From positions 35,540 through 99,539 of the forward strand of contig JAPOLI010000001.1 of NCBI GenBank assembly GCA_029977205.1: a stretch of 64,000 nucleotides of DNA, read 5' to 3'. The notes beneath the pieces are model-generated. The model saw only the letters and a program-made list of their open reading frames with translations. It made no database searches and was not told the origin of the DNA. How positions within the stretch are numbered: the first letter of the stretch is position 1; the number at the start of each line of letters is the position of its first letter. This DNA comes from a bacterium. Its GTDB lineage: Bacteria > Actinomycetota > Thermoleophilia > Miltoncostaeales > Miltoncostaeaceae. Both the position numbers and the translations under genes were made by a program. Of this stretch, positions 1-8,997 are shown piece after piece.

Positions 1-536
1 CCCACGGGGCGTACGCCCATGAACGCCCCATCGAGCCGGAACACGCGGCCGTCGTAGTCCACCGGCCCGGGGTCGGCCATGAGCAGGCGCATCACCTCGA
101 GCCCCTCCTCGAGCCGCTGCATGGGCGCGGGGTTCTCCATCCCGTAGGGGACGAGGTTGAGGTCTTCCCCGGTTCCCACGCCCAGCACGAACCGGCCGTT
201 CGTCACGTGGTCGAGGGTGAGGGCCGTCTGGGCGAGGCTCGCCGGGTTCCGGCGCACGAGGTCGGTGACGCCGATGCCCAGGCGCACGGTCGAGGTGCGC
301 GCCGCCGCCGCCGCGATGATCGGCACCGGGTCCATCCAGGTGTGCGGGGTGGGCGACGACGCGGCCTGTGGGACGAGGTCCGGGGTCCAGATCCCGAGCG
401 GGAACCAGTGGAGGAAGTGATCGGCCCACCAGACGGCGTCGAAGCCGTCGGCCTCGCGCGCAGCGGCAGCGGCGATCGCGGCCTCTGCGGGCGGCCGGAC
501 GCCGCCCATGGCAGATAGTTCGAGGGTACGACCCAT
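1..536 (-). CDS. LLM-class (luciferase-like) F420-dependent oxidoreductase, N-terminal part; the gene runs off the window
   Basis: Hand translation of the minus strand from the ATG at 536-534 gives MGRTLELSAMGG...FDAVWWADHFLHW...VRLGIGVTDLVRRNPASLAQTALTLDHVTNGRFVLGVGTGE. This is typical of luciferase-like monooxygenase / F420-dependent ketoreductase families. It is absent from the ORF track because no stop falls in the window. Confidence 0.7.
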   Translation of the reverse strand, partial: MGRTLELSAMGGVRPPAEAAIAAAAAREADGFDAVWWADHFLHWFPLGIWTPDLVPQAASSPTPHTWMDPVPIIAAAAARTSTVRLGIGVTDLVRRNPASLAQTALTLDHVTNGRFVLGVGTGEDLNLVPYGMENPAPMQRLEEGLEVMRLLMADPGPVDYDGRVFRLDGAFMGVRPV

Positions 537-629
537 GGCGGCGCCGAGGCTAGCGGAGCCCCTGAGCGACCGGCGCGGTGCGGGGTCCGGTCACACCGCG
601 AGGGCGCGCGGCCTGGCAGGCGCCGCCCC

Positions 630-2114
630 TCATCGGGCGTCCGGCGGCAGGACGGCCTCGCCGCGGAGCTCGGCGATGTCCGTCATCTGTGTCTCGAGCC
701 ACTTCGCGATGTCGTTCTCGTTGATCACCTGCCGGATCGCATCGCCGCGCGCGCGCCGCTCGGCGTACGGCATCGTGAGCGCGAGGTGCAGGGCCTCGGC
801 CTGCGCCTCGATGTCGAATGGGTTGACGTCGAGGGCATACGGGCCGATCTCCTCGAATGCGCCCACGTTCTCGGAGAGGATGAGCACCCCGTCCCGCTCG
901 TTCACCAGCATCGACTCCTTGGCGACGAGGTTCATGCCGTCGAAGATCGAGTTGACGATCATCACGTCGAAGTGCTTGTACGCGGTGAGCGCGAGCGGAA
1001 GGTTGCTCTCGAACCGCAGTTCGATGGGCATCCAGTCCGTGTTGCCGTGCTTCGTGTTGATCATGCTGACCAGCGCGGTGATGCGATCCACGTATTCGAC
1101 GTACTCGGGCACGTCCTGGCGGGATGGCTGGAGCATCGCGAAGAAGGTGATGTCCTCGAGGAACTCCGGGTGCCGGTCGAGGAACAGGTCGAAGGCCGTG
1201 AAGCCCCGGAGGATGTTCTTCGACAGGTCGGTGCGGTCGACGCGCACCACGAGGTGACGCCGGCGCCGCCGCAGGAATTGCGCCTCCTCGGCGCGCACGG
1301 CGTCGCTGTCTGCCATCTGCGTGAAACCCGTGGCGTCGATTGAGATCGGGTAGTGGCGCACGGCCACCGTGCGCTCGCCGACGGTGACCGTGAGGGCGGA
1401 GTAGTCGACGGTAAGGCCGCGCAGATCCTCGCAGGAGAGCAGGAAGTTGCGCGCGTAGCGGGGTGTGTGGAAGGCCACCACATCGCATGCGAGCAGGCCA
1501 TCGATGACTGCATCGCGGATGTGCGGGGGGAGCACGCGCCAGTAGTCGGGCTGTGGCCACGGGATGTGCACGAAGAAGTGCAGGAACGCCTCGGGCGCCT
1601 TGGCGCGGATCGACATCGGCGCCGTGTACAGGTGGTAGTCGTGGAGCATCACCACCGCGTCCGGGTTCTGCGCGAGTGAATCCACCACGGCGTCAGCGAA
1701 CAGGTCGTTGGCCACGAGGTAGCCGTCCTGCCACGCGGTGAGTTCATCCTCGCCGATGTCCGGGACGTTCGAGAGGTCCCAGAGGTAGTGCTGGATGAAC
1801 CAGAGCATTGGGTTCGCCACCACGTTGTAGTACCGCTCGTACACCTCGGGGTCGATCACCACGAAGCGCCCCGTTGTCGCGGTGCCGCTGCCCGGGATGG
1901 GGAACGGTCCGTCGGCCTCACCGGCCATGCGGATGTCCCCGGGCTCGATGGCGGCCGAGATCCACTCGGCGGGCACGAGGTCGATGAGGCCCGTGAGTGC
2001 CGTGACCAGCCCGCCCCCGGATCGCTCGGACTGCAGGGTGCCGTCCGCACCGGTCACGAACTCCACTGGACCGCGATTCGAGACGAGGATCAGCCGGCGA
2101 GCGTCCATTCCCAT
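630..2114 (-). CDS. otsA: Alpha,alpha-trehalose-phosphate synthase (GT20 family)
   Basis: ORF 630..2168. The sequence LILVSNRGPVEF...GGLVTAL...NPMLWFIQHYLWD...VMLHDYHLY...NSIFDGMNLVAKE is characteristic of GT20 OtsA. The start is probably M19 or M21 (2114 or 2108) rather than 2168. Confidence 0.85.
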   Translation of the reverse strand: MGMDARRLILVSNRGPVEFVTGADGTLQSERSGGGLVTALTGLIDLVPAEWISAAIEPGDIRMAGEADGPFPIPGSGTATTGRFVVIDPEVYERYYNVVANPMLWFIQHYLWDLSNVPDIGEDELTAWQDGYLVANDLFADAVVDSLAQNPDAVVMLHDYHLYTAPMSIRAKAPEAFLHFFVHIPWPQPDYWRVLPPHIRDAVIDGLLACDVVAFHTPRYARNFLLSCEDLRGLTVDYSALTVTVGERTVAVRHYPISIDATGFTQMADSDAVRAEEAQFLRRRRRHLVVRVDRTDLSKNILRGFTAFDLFLDRHPEFLEDITFFAMLQPSRQDVPEYVEYVDRITALVSMINTKHGNTDWMPIELRFESNLPLALTAYKHFDVMIVNSIFDGMNLVAKESMLVNERDGVLILSENVGAFEEIGPYALDVNPFDIEAQAEALHLALTMPYAERRARGDAIRQVINENDIAKWLETQMTDIAELRGEAVLPPDAR

Positions 2115-2168
2115 ACTGTAATCGCGTATTTCACGCCGACTGCGGGCCCGGTGCGATACTCCCCGCAC

Positions 2169-3974
2169 ATGCTGAACGGGCGCCTCTACCGGCTCTCATG
2201 GCTCGTGGCGGCCCTGGCGCTGCTCGTGGCCCTGCTGACGCTGGAATCCCCCGGCGGGACACCGGATCCCCCGCTGCCACCGGCCTTTGATGCCATGGCT
2301 GCACGGGGTATTGCCGCGAACCTCGCCACGGTCGCGCCCGAGCGCGTTCCCGGCACCGCAGGCGATCAGGCGTCCGCGACGTGGATGGCCGAGGAGCTGG
2401 CGGACGTTCCCGGGGCCAGCCGCGTGGTGCGCCAGCGGTTCTCGGTGGCGACAGCGGCGGGCCGGATCGTGACCGAGAACGTCTACGTCTCACTGCCGGC
2501 GCGCGGAGGCACGGGGGCACCCGGTGCGCTGCTGATCTCGGCGCCGCGTGACACCCCGCCGGGCGTCCGCGGCGGCGAGAGCGGCTCCGCGGTACTCGTG
2601 CAGCTGGCGCGCGCGCTCGGCACGGTGGCGCGCAACCGGCCGGTGCTCATCGTCTCCACCGGTGCCTCCACCCTCGGGAATGCGGGGGCACGGTGGTTCA
2701 TGAGCCGGTTCTCACGGATGCCCCTGGCCGCCGCGGTGTCGCTTGACGATCCCGCCGGGGTCCCCGGTGGACTGCACATCTGGGACGACGGTCAGGACTC
2801 ACGACGGTCCATCCCCATGATGGCCGCCGCCGAGCAGGCCGCGGTGCGCGCGGATGCCCCGGTCGCGCCGGCACCCGGGCCCTTCCCGCAGATCGCCCAG
2901 CTGGCCGTCCCCCAGACATCGGGTGACCAGGCGGCATACATCGCGCTCGGGCTGCCCGCCGTCTCGCTCGCGGCTCGCCCCGAGGGGCCGCTCGTGAGTG
3001 GAACACTCGCGACCGAGGATGCCCTCGGCGACGCGGGCCGCACCGCAGAGGGGCTGATCTCCTCACTTGATCGGGCGGACGCCCTTCCTGCGCCGTCAAC
3101 CGGTCTTGTCATCAACGGACGTGAACTGCGTCCCATCATGAGCCGCGTGGTGATCCTGCTCCTCGCGCTCCCGATCCTGGTTGCGGCGCTGGATCTCACG
3201 GTGCGCCTGCGGCGGGCCGGCGTGCGACTCGTGCCCTTCGCGGCAGCGCTGCTGTGGCGCCTCCTCCCGGTGGTCGCCGCGTTGCTCGTGGCCCACCTCC
3301 TGGCCATTGCCGGGATGCTGCCCGGTCCCTCCGGCGGCTGGCCACCGCTGGCCGATGTCGTCCCCTTCGACCTCCCGGCTGTCGTCGCGATCGTGCTGTC
3401 GGTTGGCGCCGGCGTATTCACGTGGATGCTCGTGCGCCATCGGGCGACACGTCGCGACGCGGAGGTGGCATCCCGTGCTGCCGTGGGCGTGATCGCCCTC
3501 GGCGCGGTGACGCTGGTGCTGTGGCTCGTGAGCCCATTTGCCCTCCTCATCGCCCTGCCCGCGGCGCACTGCGCCCTGATCGTCACGCGGGCGACGCGTC
3601 CGTGGCAGGTGATCGCCCTCGCGGTGGTGGCAGCGGTGCCGGCGGTGCTGATCGTCTGGTGGGCCTCGGGGCGCATTGACCGGGGCGTGCCGTACTCGTC
3701 CTGGTATCTGCTCGAGACCACCGTCGCAGGTGCGCGGGGAATCGTCGGGCCGCTCCTCGCCGCCGCGGTCCTCGTGATCGTGTGGAGCCTGGGCTCGCTC
3801 GTGATGTCGCGCGTGCGCCGGGGGCTGGTCGCCGCCGGCCCCTACCGTCCGGTGCCGAGCGATGATGAGCGGCTTGCCCGCCGCGGTCGCCGCCCCCTGC
3901 CATCACTCAGCAGGCGGAGCCGATCGCGTCCGCCTGTGCGCGATGGCTCCCGTGATCGGCGGCGTCCGCGATGA
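2169..3974 (+). CDS. Polytopic membrane protein with an N-terminal degenerate M28-peptidase-like ectodomain
   Basis: Internal ATG (residue 128 of ORF 1788..3974) followed by a TM helix (LSWLVAALALLVALL). The segment ISAPRDT...GGESGSAVLVQLARAL...PVLIVSTGASTLGNAGARWF...SLDD aligns to M28 motifs but lacks the His and Glu-Glu ligands. The C-terminal half has about 8 hydrophobic helices. Confidence 0.6.
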   Translation: MLNGRLYRLSWLVAALALLVALLTLESPGGTPDPPLPPAFDAMAARGIAANLATVAPERVPGTAGDQASATWMAEELADVPGASRVVRQRFSVATAAGRIVTENVYVSLPARGGTGAPGALLISAPRDTPPGVRGGESGSAVLVQLARALGTVARNRPVLIVSTGASTLGNAGARWFMSRFSRMPLAAAVSLDDPAGVPGGLHIWDDGQDSRRSIPMMAAAEQAAVRADAPVAPAPGPFPQIAQLAVPQTSGDQAAYIALGLPAVSLAARPEGPLVSGTLATEDALGDAGRTAEGLISSLDRADALPAPSTGLVINGRELRPIMSRVVILLLALPILVAALDLTVRLRRAGVRLVPFAAALLWRLLPVVAALLVAHLLAIAGMLPGPSGGWPPLADVVPFDLPAVVAIVLSVGAGVFTWMLVRHRATRRDAEVASRAAVGVIALGAVTLVLWLVSPFALLIALPAAHCALIVTRATRPWQVIALAVVAAVPAVLIVWWASGRIDRGVPYSSWYLLETTVAGARGIVGPLLAAAVLVIVWSLGSLVMSRVRRGLVAAGPYRPVPSDDERLARRGRRPLPSLSRRSRSRPPVRDGSRDRRRPR

Positions 3975-4921
3975 GCGGATGGCGCATGCTGTCGGTGGTC
4001 GTGCCGGTGTTCAACGAGCGCGACTCGCTCGCCGAGCTCGCCGAGGAGCTGCTGCCGGTGATGGGCGGCACCGGTGTCCCCTTCGAGGTGATCTTCGTCG
4101 ACGACGGCTCGCGTGACGGTGGCGATGTGGTGCTCGCCGGCCTTGCCCGCGACCATGAGCCGATCCGCGTCGTGCGCCTGCGGAGCAACTTCGGCAAGGG
4201 GGCTGCGCTGACCGCCGGGTTCCGCGAGGCGCGCGGAGACGTGGTGATCACCATCGACGCCGATCTCCAGGATGATCCCGCGGAGATCCCGCGGCTGCTC
4301 GCAGCGCTGGCAGAGGGCGCCGACCTGGTGTCGGGATGGAAGAAGACGCGCAATGACCCCTGGAGCAAGTCCATGCCATCGCGGGTGTTCAACAGCGTGG
4401 CGCGAACGGCGACCGGCGTGGAGCTGCACGACCTCAATTGCGGCTTCAAGGCGTACCGCAGCGACGTGGTGCGCGCGCTGGCGATCCCCGGCGAGATGTA
4501 CAGGTTCATTCCGGTGATCGCGGCGTCCGAGGGCTTCCGCGTGACGGAGGTCGCTGTGAACCACCGCGCCCGGCGCCACGGGGAGTCGAAGTACGGCTTC
4601 GAGCGCTACCTGCGCGGACTCCTCGACCTCATCACCATCTCCTTCGTCGGTCGGTACCGGCACCGCCCCATGCACTTCTTCGGCGGCATCGGGCTGCTGC
4701 TGTTCCTCATCGGCGTCGGCATCTCGATCTACCTCACGGTCGTCAAACTGCTGGGCGAGGCCATCGGGGGCCGGCCGCTTCTCATCCTCGGCGTGCTCCT
4801 CATCGTGGTGGGCATCCAGCTCTTCACGATCGGCCTCGTGAGCGAACTCATCCAGCGCGGCCGACTGCGATCCGAGGAGGACGAGGCGGCGTCGCGCATC
4901 GAGCGCATCATCGAGGGGTGA
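3971..4921 (+). CDS. GT2-family polyprenol-phosphate glycosyltransferase (DPM1/GtrB/ArnC-like) with two C-terminal TM helices
   Basis: LSVVVPVFNE...VIFVDDGSRDG...ITIDADLQDDP...GWKKTR...NCGFKAYR, followed by two TM helices. The start overlaps the upstream stop (ATGA). Confidence 0.85.
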   Translation: MSGWRMLSVVVPVFNERDSLAELAEELLPVMGGTGVPFEVIFVDDGSRDGGDVVLAGLARDHEPIRVVRLRSNFGKGAALTAGFREARGDVVITIDADLQDDPAEIPRLLAALAEGADLVSGWKKTRNDPWSKSMPSRVFNSVARTATGVELHDLNCGFKAYRSDVVRALAIPGEMYRFIPVIAASEGFRVTEVAVNHRARRHGESKYGFERYLRGLLDLITISFVGRYRHRPMHFFGGIGLLLFLIGVGISIYLTVVKLLGEAIGGRPLLILGVLLIVVGIQLFTIGLVSELIQRGRLRSEEDEAASRIERIIEG

Positions 4922-6048
4922 GCCGCCCCCTGCACGTGGAGTGGGTGGGCACGTACGAGCGCGCATACCCGCGTACGCGGGTGCTGGTGGATGGGTTGCG
5001 CGCACATGGCGTGCAGGTCACCGAGCACCATCGCCCGGTATGGGAGCGCACGCGGCACAAGGCCGGTGGCTTCCTGTCGGCGCGGCGCCTTGCCGGTGCC
5101 GGCATGGCGTGGGCCGGTGCATGGGCGGCCCTCGCAGGCGGGGAACCCCGCCTGCCAGGTCCGGTCGACGCCGTGGTGGCGGGATACCCCGCGCAGCCGG
5201 ATGTGGTGCCGGCCTGGCTCGTGGCCCGCGCCCGCCGCGCCCCTCTCGTCGTGGACATGATGGTGTCCCTCGCCGACACCCTGGGTGATGACCGCGGCCG
5301 GACGGGGGTGGCGCTCACCCGCGCTCTCGCGGCCGCGGATCGGACGGCCCTTGGGCTCGCGGACATCGTCCTCGCCGACACCGCGTCCGGTGCGGACTTC
5401 CTCGTGCGCAGGTTCGGCGTGAGCCCCGCGCGAATCGTGGTGGTCCCGGTGGGCGCCGAGCCCGACGTGTTTCCGCCCACCCCCGTGCCGGGCGGCGCGT
5501 GCCATGCGCTCTGGTACGGGAAGCTCTCACCCATGCACGGCCTCGACGTCATCCTCGACGCCGCGCGCATCCCCGGCACGCCGCCGATCCGCCTCGTCGG
5601 CGAGGGGCAGCTCGACGAATGGCTCGCGGATGAGCTGCGCCGTGATCCGCCCGCCGCGCTGGAGCATGTGCCGTGGGTCCCATACGAACGCCTGCGCGAC
5701 GAGGTCGCGGCGAGCGGGGTCGTGCTGGGGATCTTCGGAAGAAGCGGCAAGGCCTCGCGCGTGGTGCCGAACAAGGTGTTCCAGGCAATGGCCGCCGGCC
5801 GGCCCGTGATCACCGCCGACACCCCGGGTGCACGCGAGGTGCTGGTGCACGGTCGTGACGCGGTGCTCGTGCCGCCGGGTGAGCCCGCTGCCCTCGCGGC
5901 AGCGCTTGTCTCGCTCGCCGGGGATGCCGGTGCACGCACGCGGCTCGGCGCAGCCGCTCGCGACACGTATGAGCGCATGGGCACGCCGGAGCGCGTGGTC
6001 GCGCCCCTCATCGACGCGATCGCGCGCCAGCGGCGGGCACGCACGTGA
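4918..6048 (+). CDS. GT4/GT1-type glycosyltransferase
   Basis: GTG at 4918 overlaps the upstream stop (GTGA). The C-terminal Rossmann part (GKLSPMHGLDVIL...VPNKVFQAMAAGRPVITADTPGAREVL) is typical of GT-B retaining transferases. The 5' 160 codons of ORF 4438..6048 are out-of-frame read-through of the GT2 gene. Confidence 0.75.
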   Translation: MSRPLHVEWVGTYERAYPRTRVLVDGLRAHGVQVTEHHRPVWERTRHKAGGFLSARRLAGAGMAWAGAWAALAGGEPRLPGPVDAVVAGYPAQPDVVPAWLVARARRAPLVVDMMVSLADTLGDDRGRTGVALTRALAAADRTALGLADIVLADTASGADFLVRRFGVSPARIVVVPVGAEPDVFPPTPVPGGACHALWYGKLSPMHGLDVILDAARIPGTPPIRLVGEGQLDEWLADELRRDPPAALEHVPWVPYERLRDEVAASGVVLGIFGRSGKASRVVPNKVFQAMAAGRPVITADTPGAREVLVHGRDAVLVPPGEPAALAAALVSLAGDAGARTRLGAAARDTYERMGTPERVVAPLIDAIARQRRART

Positions 6049-6965
6049 GCGGTCGCCGTGCATGGGTGCGCTGGGCCGGCCTGGCCGCGGGCCTCGCCAT
6101 CATCGGCGCACTCGTGTGGACGGTGGTCGATGCCTGGGATGTCGTCACGTCGTTCGACTGGCAGCCCTCTGCGGGCTGGCTCGTGCTCGCGGTGGTTCTC
6201 GCGCTGGCATCGCTCGTGTTGTCGGCGCTGGCCTACGAGGCCATCCTGGGCGGTCTTCACCGGCCGCCGCCGCCGGTGCTCGCCACCGTGTCCGCATGGG
6301 CGCGATCGCTCCTCGGCCGCTACGTGCCCGGCAACGTGCTGATGATCGTTGGCCGCGCGGTCATGGCGGAGGCGCATGGGGTGCCCAAGCGCGTCACGGT
6401 GGCGGCCACGACCTATGAGCAGGTGATCGCCCTCGTCGCCGCAGCACTCCTCGCCGTGGTGGCGCTGCTCGACATCGGTTCGGGCAGCCCGGTGGGGCCG
6501 GCGGCATGGCTGGTGCTCGCGGTGCCGTTGGCGGCCGTGGCCCTGCACCCCCGCGTGTTCGGGCCGGTCTCGTCGTGGGCGTTTCGCCGCGTGCGCCGCG
6601 AGCCCATCGCCGTCTTCCTCCCATTCGGCCGCGTCGTGCTGATGATCGGCTGGTACCTGGTGACATCGGCCCTCCTGGGCCTCGCCGTGTGGTCGTTCAT
6701 GAGGGGCATCGGTGGCCCCGACATCGGCGACCCGATCGGCGTGGCGTCAGGATTCCTCCTGGCATTCGTGATCTCGATGCTCGTGTTCATCGTGCCCTCG
6801 GGGCTCGGAGTGCGCGATGCCATCCTCGCGCTGGTGCTTGCCCGTCAGGTGCCGGGGGGCGTGGCGGTGGCGCTCAGCGTGAGCTCCCGGTTGTTCCTCA
6901 TCGCCGTTGAACTCGTGTTCGTGGCGCTGGCCGCGGGCGCCGGGCGCGGGCGGGGTCGGTCGTGA
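6045..6965 (+). CDS. Flippase-like membrane protein (MprF/LPG-synthase TM-region, UPF0104-type)
   Basis: About 8 TM helices, with GRYVPGNVLMIVGRAVM and PSGLGVRDAILALVL signatures as seen in the MprF flippase-domain family. GTGA overlap with the GT4 stop. Confidence 0.7.
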   Translation: MSGRRAWVRWAGLAAGLAIIGALVWTVVDAWDVVTSFDWQPSAGWLVLAVVLALASLVLSALAYEAILGGLHRPPPPVLATVSAWARSLLGRYVPGNVLMIVGRAVMAEAHGVPKRVTVAATTYEQVIALVAAALLAVVALLDIGSGSPVGPAAWLVLAVPLAAVALHPRVFGPVSSWAFRRVRREPIAVFLPFGRVVLMIGWYLVTSALLGLAVWSFMRGIGGPDIGDPIGVASGFLLAFVISMLVFIVPSGLGVRDAILALVLARQVPGGVAVALSVSSRLFLIAVELVFVALAAGAGRGRGRS

Positions 6966-8491
6966 CCACCTCGTCGCCGGATCGGCAGGCGGGAGCCCGG
7001 GGCGCGCCGCGCTGGCGCGAGTGGCGCCTGGTGCGCGACCTGCCGCTCACGCTCGTGCTCGTGCTGTCCGCGACGTGGGCCGCGGTCTTCTCGTCGTTGT
7101 CGGTTGCCCGTCACGACGCCTGGTGGACCGGCCGGTTCGACCTCGGGAACATGGTGCAGGCCGTCTGGAGCAGCGCGCATGGCGACCTGCTGATGGCTAC
7201 CACCGCAGCCGGTGACCAGGTCTCGCGTCTGGGCTCGCACGTCGATCCGCTGTTGCTCGTCCTCGTGCCCCTGCAGTGGGTGACCGACTCTGCGGTGCCC
7301 CTTCTGGTGGCCCAGTCGGTGGCCGTTGCGGCCGGTGCGATCCCGGCGTTCCTGCTCGGGCGCCGCTGGCTGGGCGACGACCGGCTGGCCGTGGCCGCTG
7401 CAGCCACGTGGCTCCTGTACGCGCCGTTGCAGTGGGCGGTGGTGACCGACCTGCACGCGGTCACCTTCGCCGCGCCGCTGATCATGCTCGCCATCTGGGC
7501 CGCGGAGGCCCGCCGGAACTGGGTGCTTGCCATCGCCGTAGCCCTCGCCCTGCTCGGGAAGGAGCAGGTCGGCCTTGCGCTCGCGATCTTCGGCATCTGG
7601 ATCATCGTGCGCCAGCGGCGCTACATCACCGGGGCCATCGTCACGGCGTCGTCGCTGGCATGGTCGGCCGTCTCCGTGCTGGTGATCATTCCGGCCATGG
7701 GCAACGGCGTGCCCGAACCCTTCGGTGAACGCTTCGGTCGGTTTGGTGACACGCCATCCGAGGCTCTTGTCGGCGCCCTCACCCAACCGATCGACGTGAT
7801 CACCACCGTCGGTGGCTGGTCGCGCCTGGCATACCTGCTCGCGCTGCTCCTCCCCCTGCTTGTCCTGCCGTTCTTCGCGCCGCTCCTGGCGGCGGCCGCG
7901 CTGCCGGACCTGCTCCTGAACATGCTCGCGGACTGGTGGCCGAACTACTCGATCGAGTTCCACTACGCGGCGGTGGTGAGCCCGTTCCTCATCGCGGCAT
8001 CGATCCTCGGGCTCGCGAGCCTCCGTCGGCGGGCTCGCCCGCAGTGGCTCGCCCGCGTCCTGCGCCCGGCAGGCGCAGTGGCCCTCGCCCTTGTGGTGGC
8101 GGGCGTGCTGGGAAGCCTCATCCTCGGACCGGTCCCCATCGCGGGTCCCCTGTCGCATGCCACCGCCTCGCGCGTGGAGCAGTACCGGTCGACCCCGCAC
8201 GCAGTGGCCCTCGAGGAGGGTGCCGCCCTCATTCCCGATGATGCGGTCATCTCGGCCGGGAACAACGCGGGTGGCCATCTGTCTGCCCGCCGCCGCGTGC
8301 TGGTGTTCCCGGTCATCGCCGACGCCGAGTGGGTCATCGTGGATCGCACGCGTCCGAATATGCTCGATCGCCTCGATCCCGCGGGCTTCCGAATCGCCGT
8401 GGACACCCTCGCGGCGCGTCCCGACTTCCGCCTCGTGTACGACCGCGATGGCGTGCTGGTGTTCCGCCGGCAGGGCACGGTGGCGCCATGA
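6962..8491 (+). CDS. DUF2079-family polytopic membrane protein (candidate GT-C-like transferase)
   Basis: SLSVARHDAWWTGRFDLGNMVQAVWSSAHG directly after TM1 is the DUF2079 hallmark. It has about 10 or more TM helices and a C-terminal soluble domain. GTGA overlap with the upstream gene. Confidence 0.75.
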   Translation: MTTSSPDRQAGARGAPRWREWRLVRDLPLTLVLVLSATWAAVFSSLSVARHDAWWTGRFDLGNMVQAVWSSAHGDLLMATTAAGDQVSRLGSHVDPLLLVLVPLQWVTDSAVPLLVAQSVAVAAGAIPAFLLGRRWLGDDRLAVAAAATWLLYAPLQWAVVTDLHAVTFAAPLIMLAIWAAEARRNWVLAIAVALALLGKEQVGLALAIFGIWIIVRQRRYITGAIVTASSLAWSAVSVLVIIPAMGNGVPEPFGERFGRFGDTPSEALVGALTQPIDVITTVGGWSRLAYLLALLLPLLVLPFFAPLLAAAALPDLLLNMLADWWPNYSIEFHYAAVVSPFLIAASILGLASLRRRARPQWLARVLRPAGAVALALVVAGVLGSLILGPVPIAGPLSHATASRVEQYRSTPHAVALEEGAALIPDDAVISAGNNAGGHLSARRRVLVFPVIADAEWVIVDRTRPNMLDRLDPAGFRIAVDTLAARPDFRLVYDRDGVLVFRRQGTVAP

Positions 8492-8997
8492 CCGGCCGCG
8501 CCCGGGCCCTCGGCATCGCGGTCGCCGCCTGCGGGGTGCTGATGGTCGTTCTCCCCGCCCTGCCGTGGTACGGGGCGTCGCTGCCGACGGGGGACGCATC
8601 ACTGAGCGGCTACGGAGCCGGCGGCACCACATGGATCATCCCCGTCATCGGCGCGGCCCTGGTGGTGACCGGCGCGCTCGCCGTGTGGTGGGGCGTTCCG
8701 CCCGGGAGCCGGGGATCACGCGCGCTGGGCGCCGTCGCGCTCCTGTGGGCTGCGCTTGGCGTGGCGTGGGTCGCCGCTGGCGCGCTGTCGCCGGATGTGC
8801 ATGTGGTGGCCGCCCGCGCGGGCCTGCCCGATGCGGCGCTCGCCGGGGAGTGGGCGGTGTCTGCACTCCCTGCGGCGTGGGCCTGCCTCGCGGTGGCGGC
8901 GCTCGCCGGGATGGCAGGGATCCTCCTGATGACGCCGCGGCCGGGTGACGGGCCCGCCGACGAGGCCGGCGCGCACCCCTCGGGAGATCGGGCCTAG
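8488..8997 (+). CDS. Small 4-TM membrane protein, unknown function (last gene of the operon)
   Basis: Internal ATG at 8488 overlaps the DUF2079 stop (ATGA). Hydrophobic helices and high GC3. I recognise no family. Confidence 0.5.
   Translation: MTGRARALGIAVAACGVLMVVLPALPWYGASLPTGDASLSGYGAGGTTWIIPVIGAALVVTGALAVWWGVPPGSRGSRALGAVALLWAALGVAWVAAGALSPDVHVVAARAGLPDAALAGEWAVSALPAAWACLAVAALAGMAGILLMTPRPGDGPADEAGAHPSGDRA

Noticed and set aside
6845-8632. 595-aa ORF on the minus strand, opposite the DUF2079 gene
   Set aside because: The translation is Arg/Gly/Pro/His-rich low-complexity sequence with no motifs. This is the typical antisense shadow ORF of GC-rich DNA. The + strand gene has clear TM helices and family motifs.
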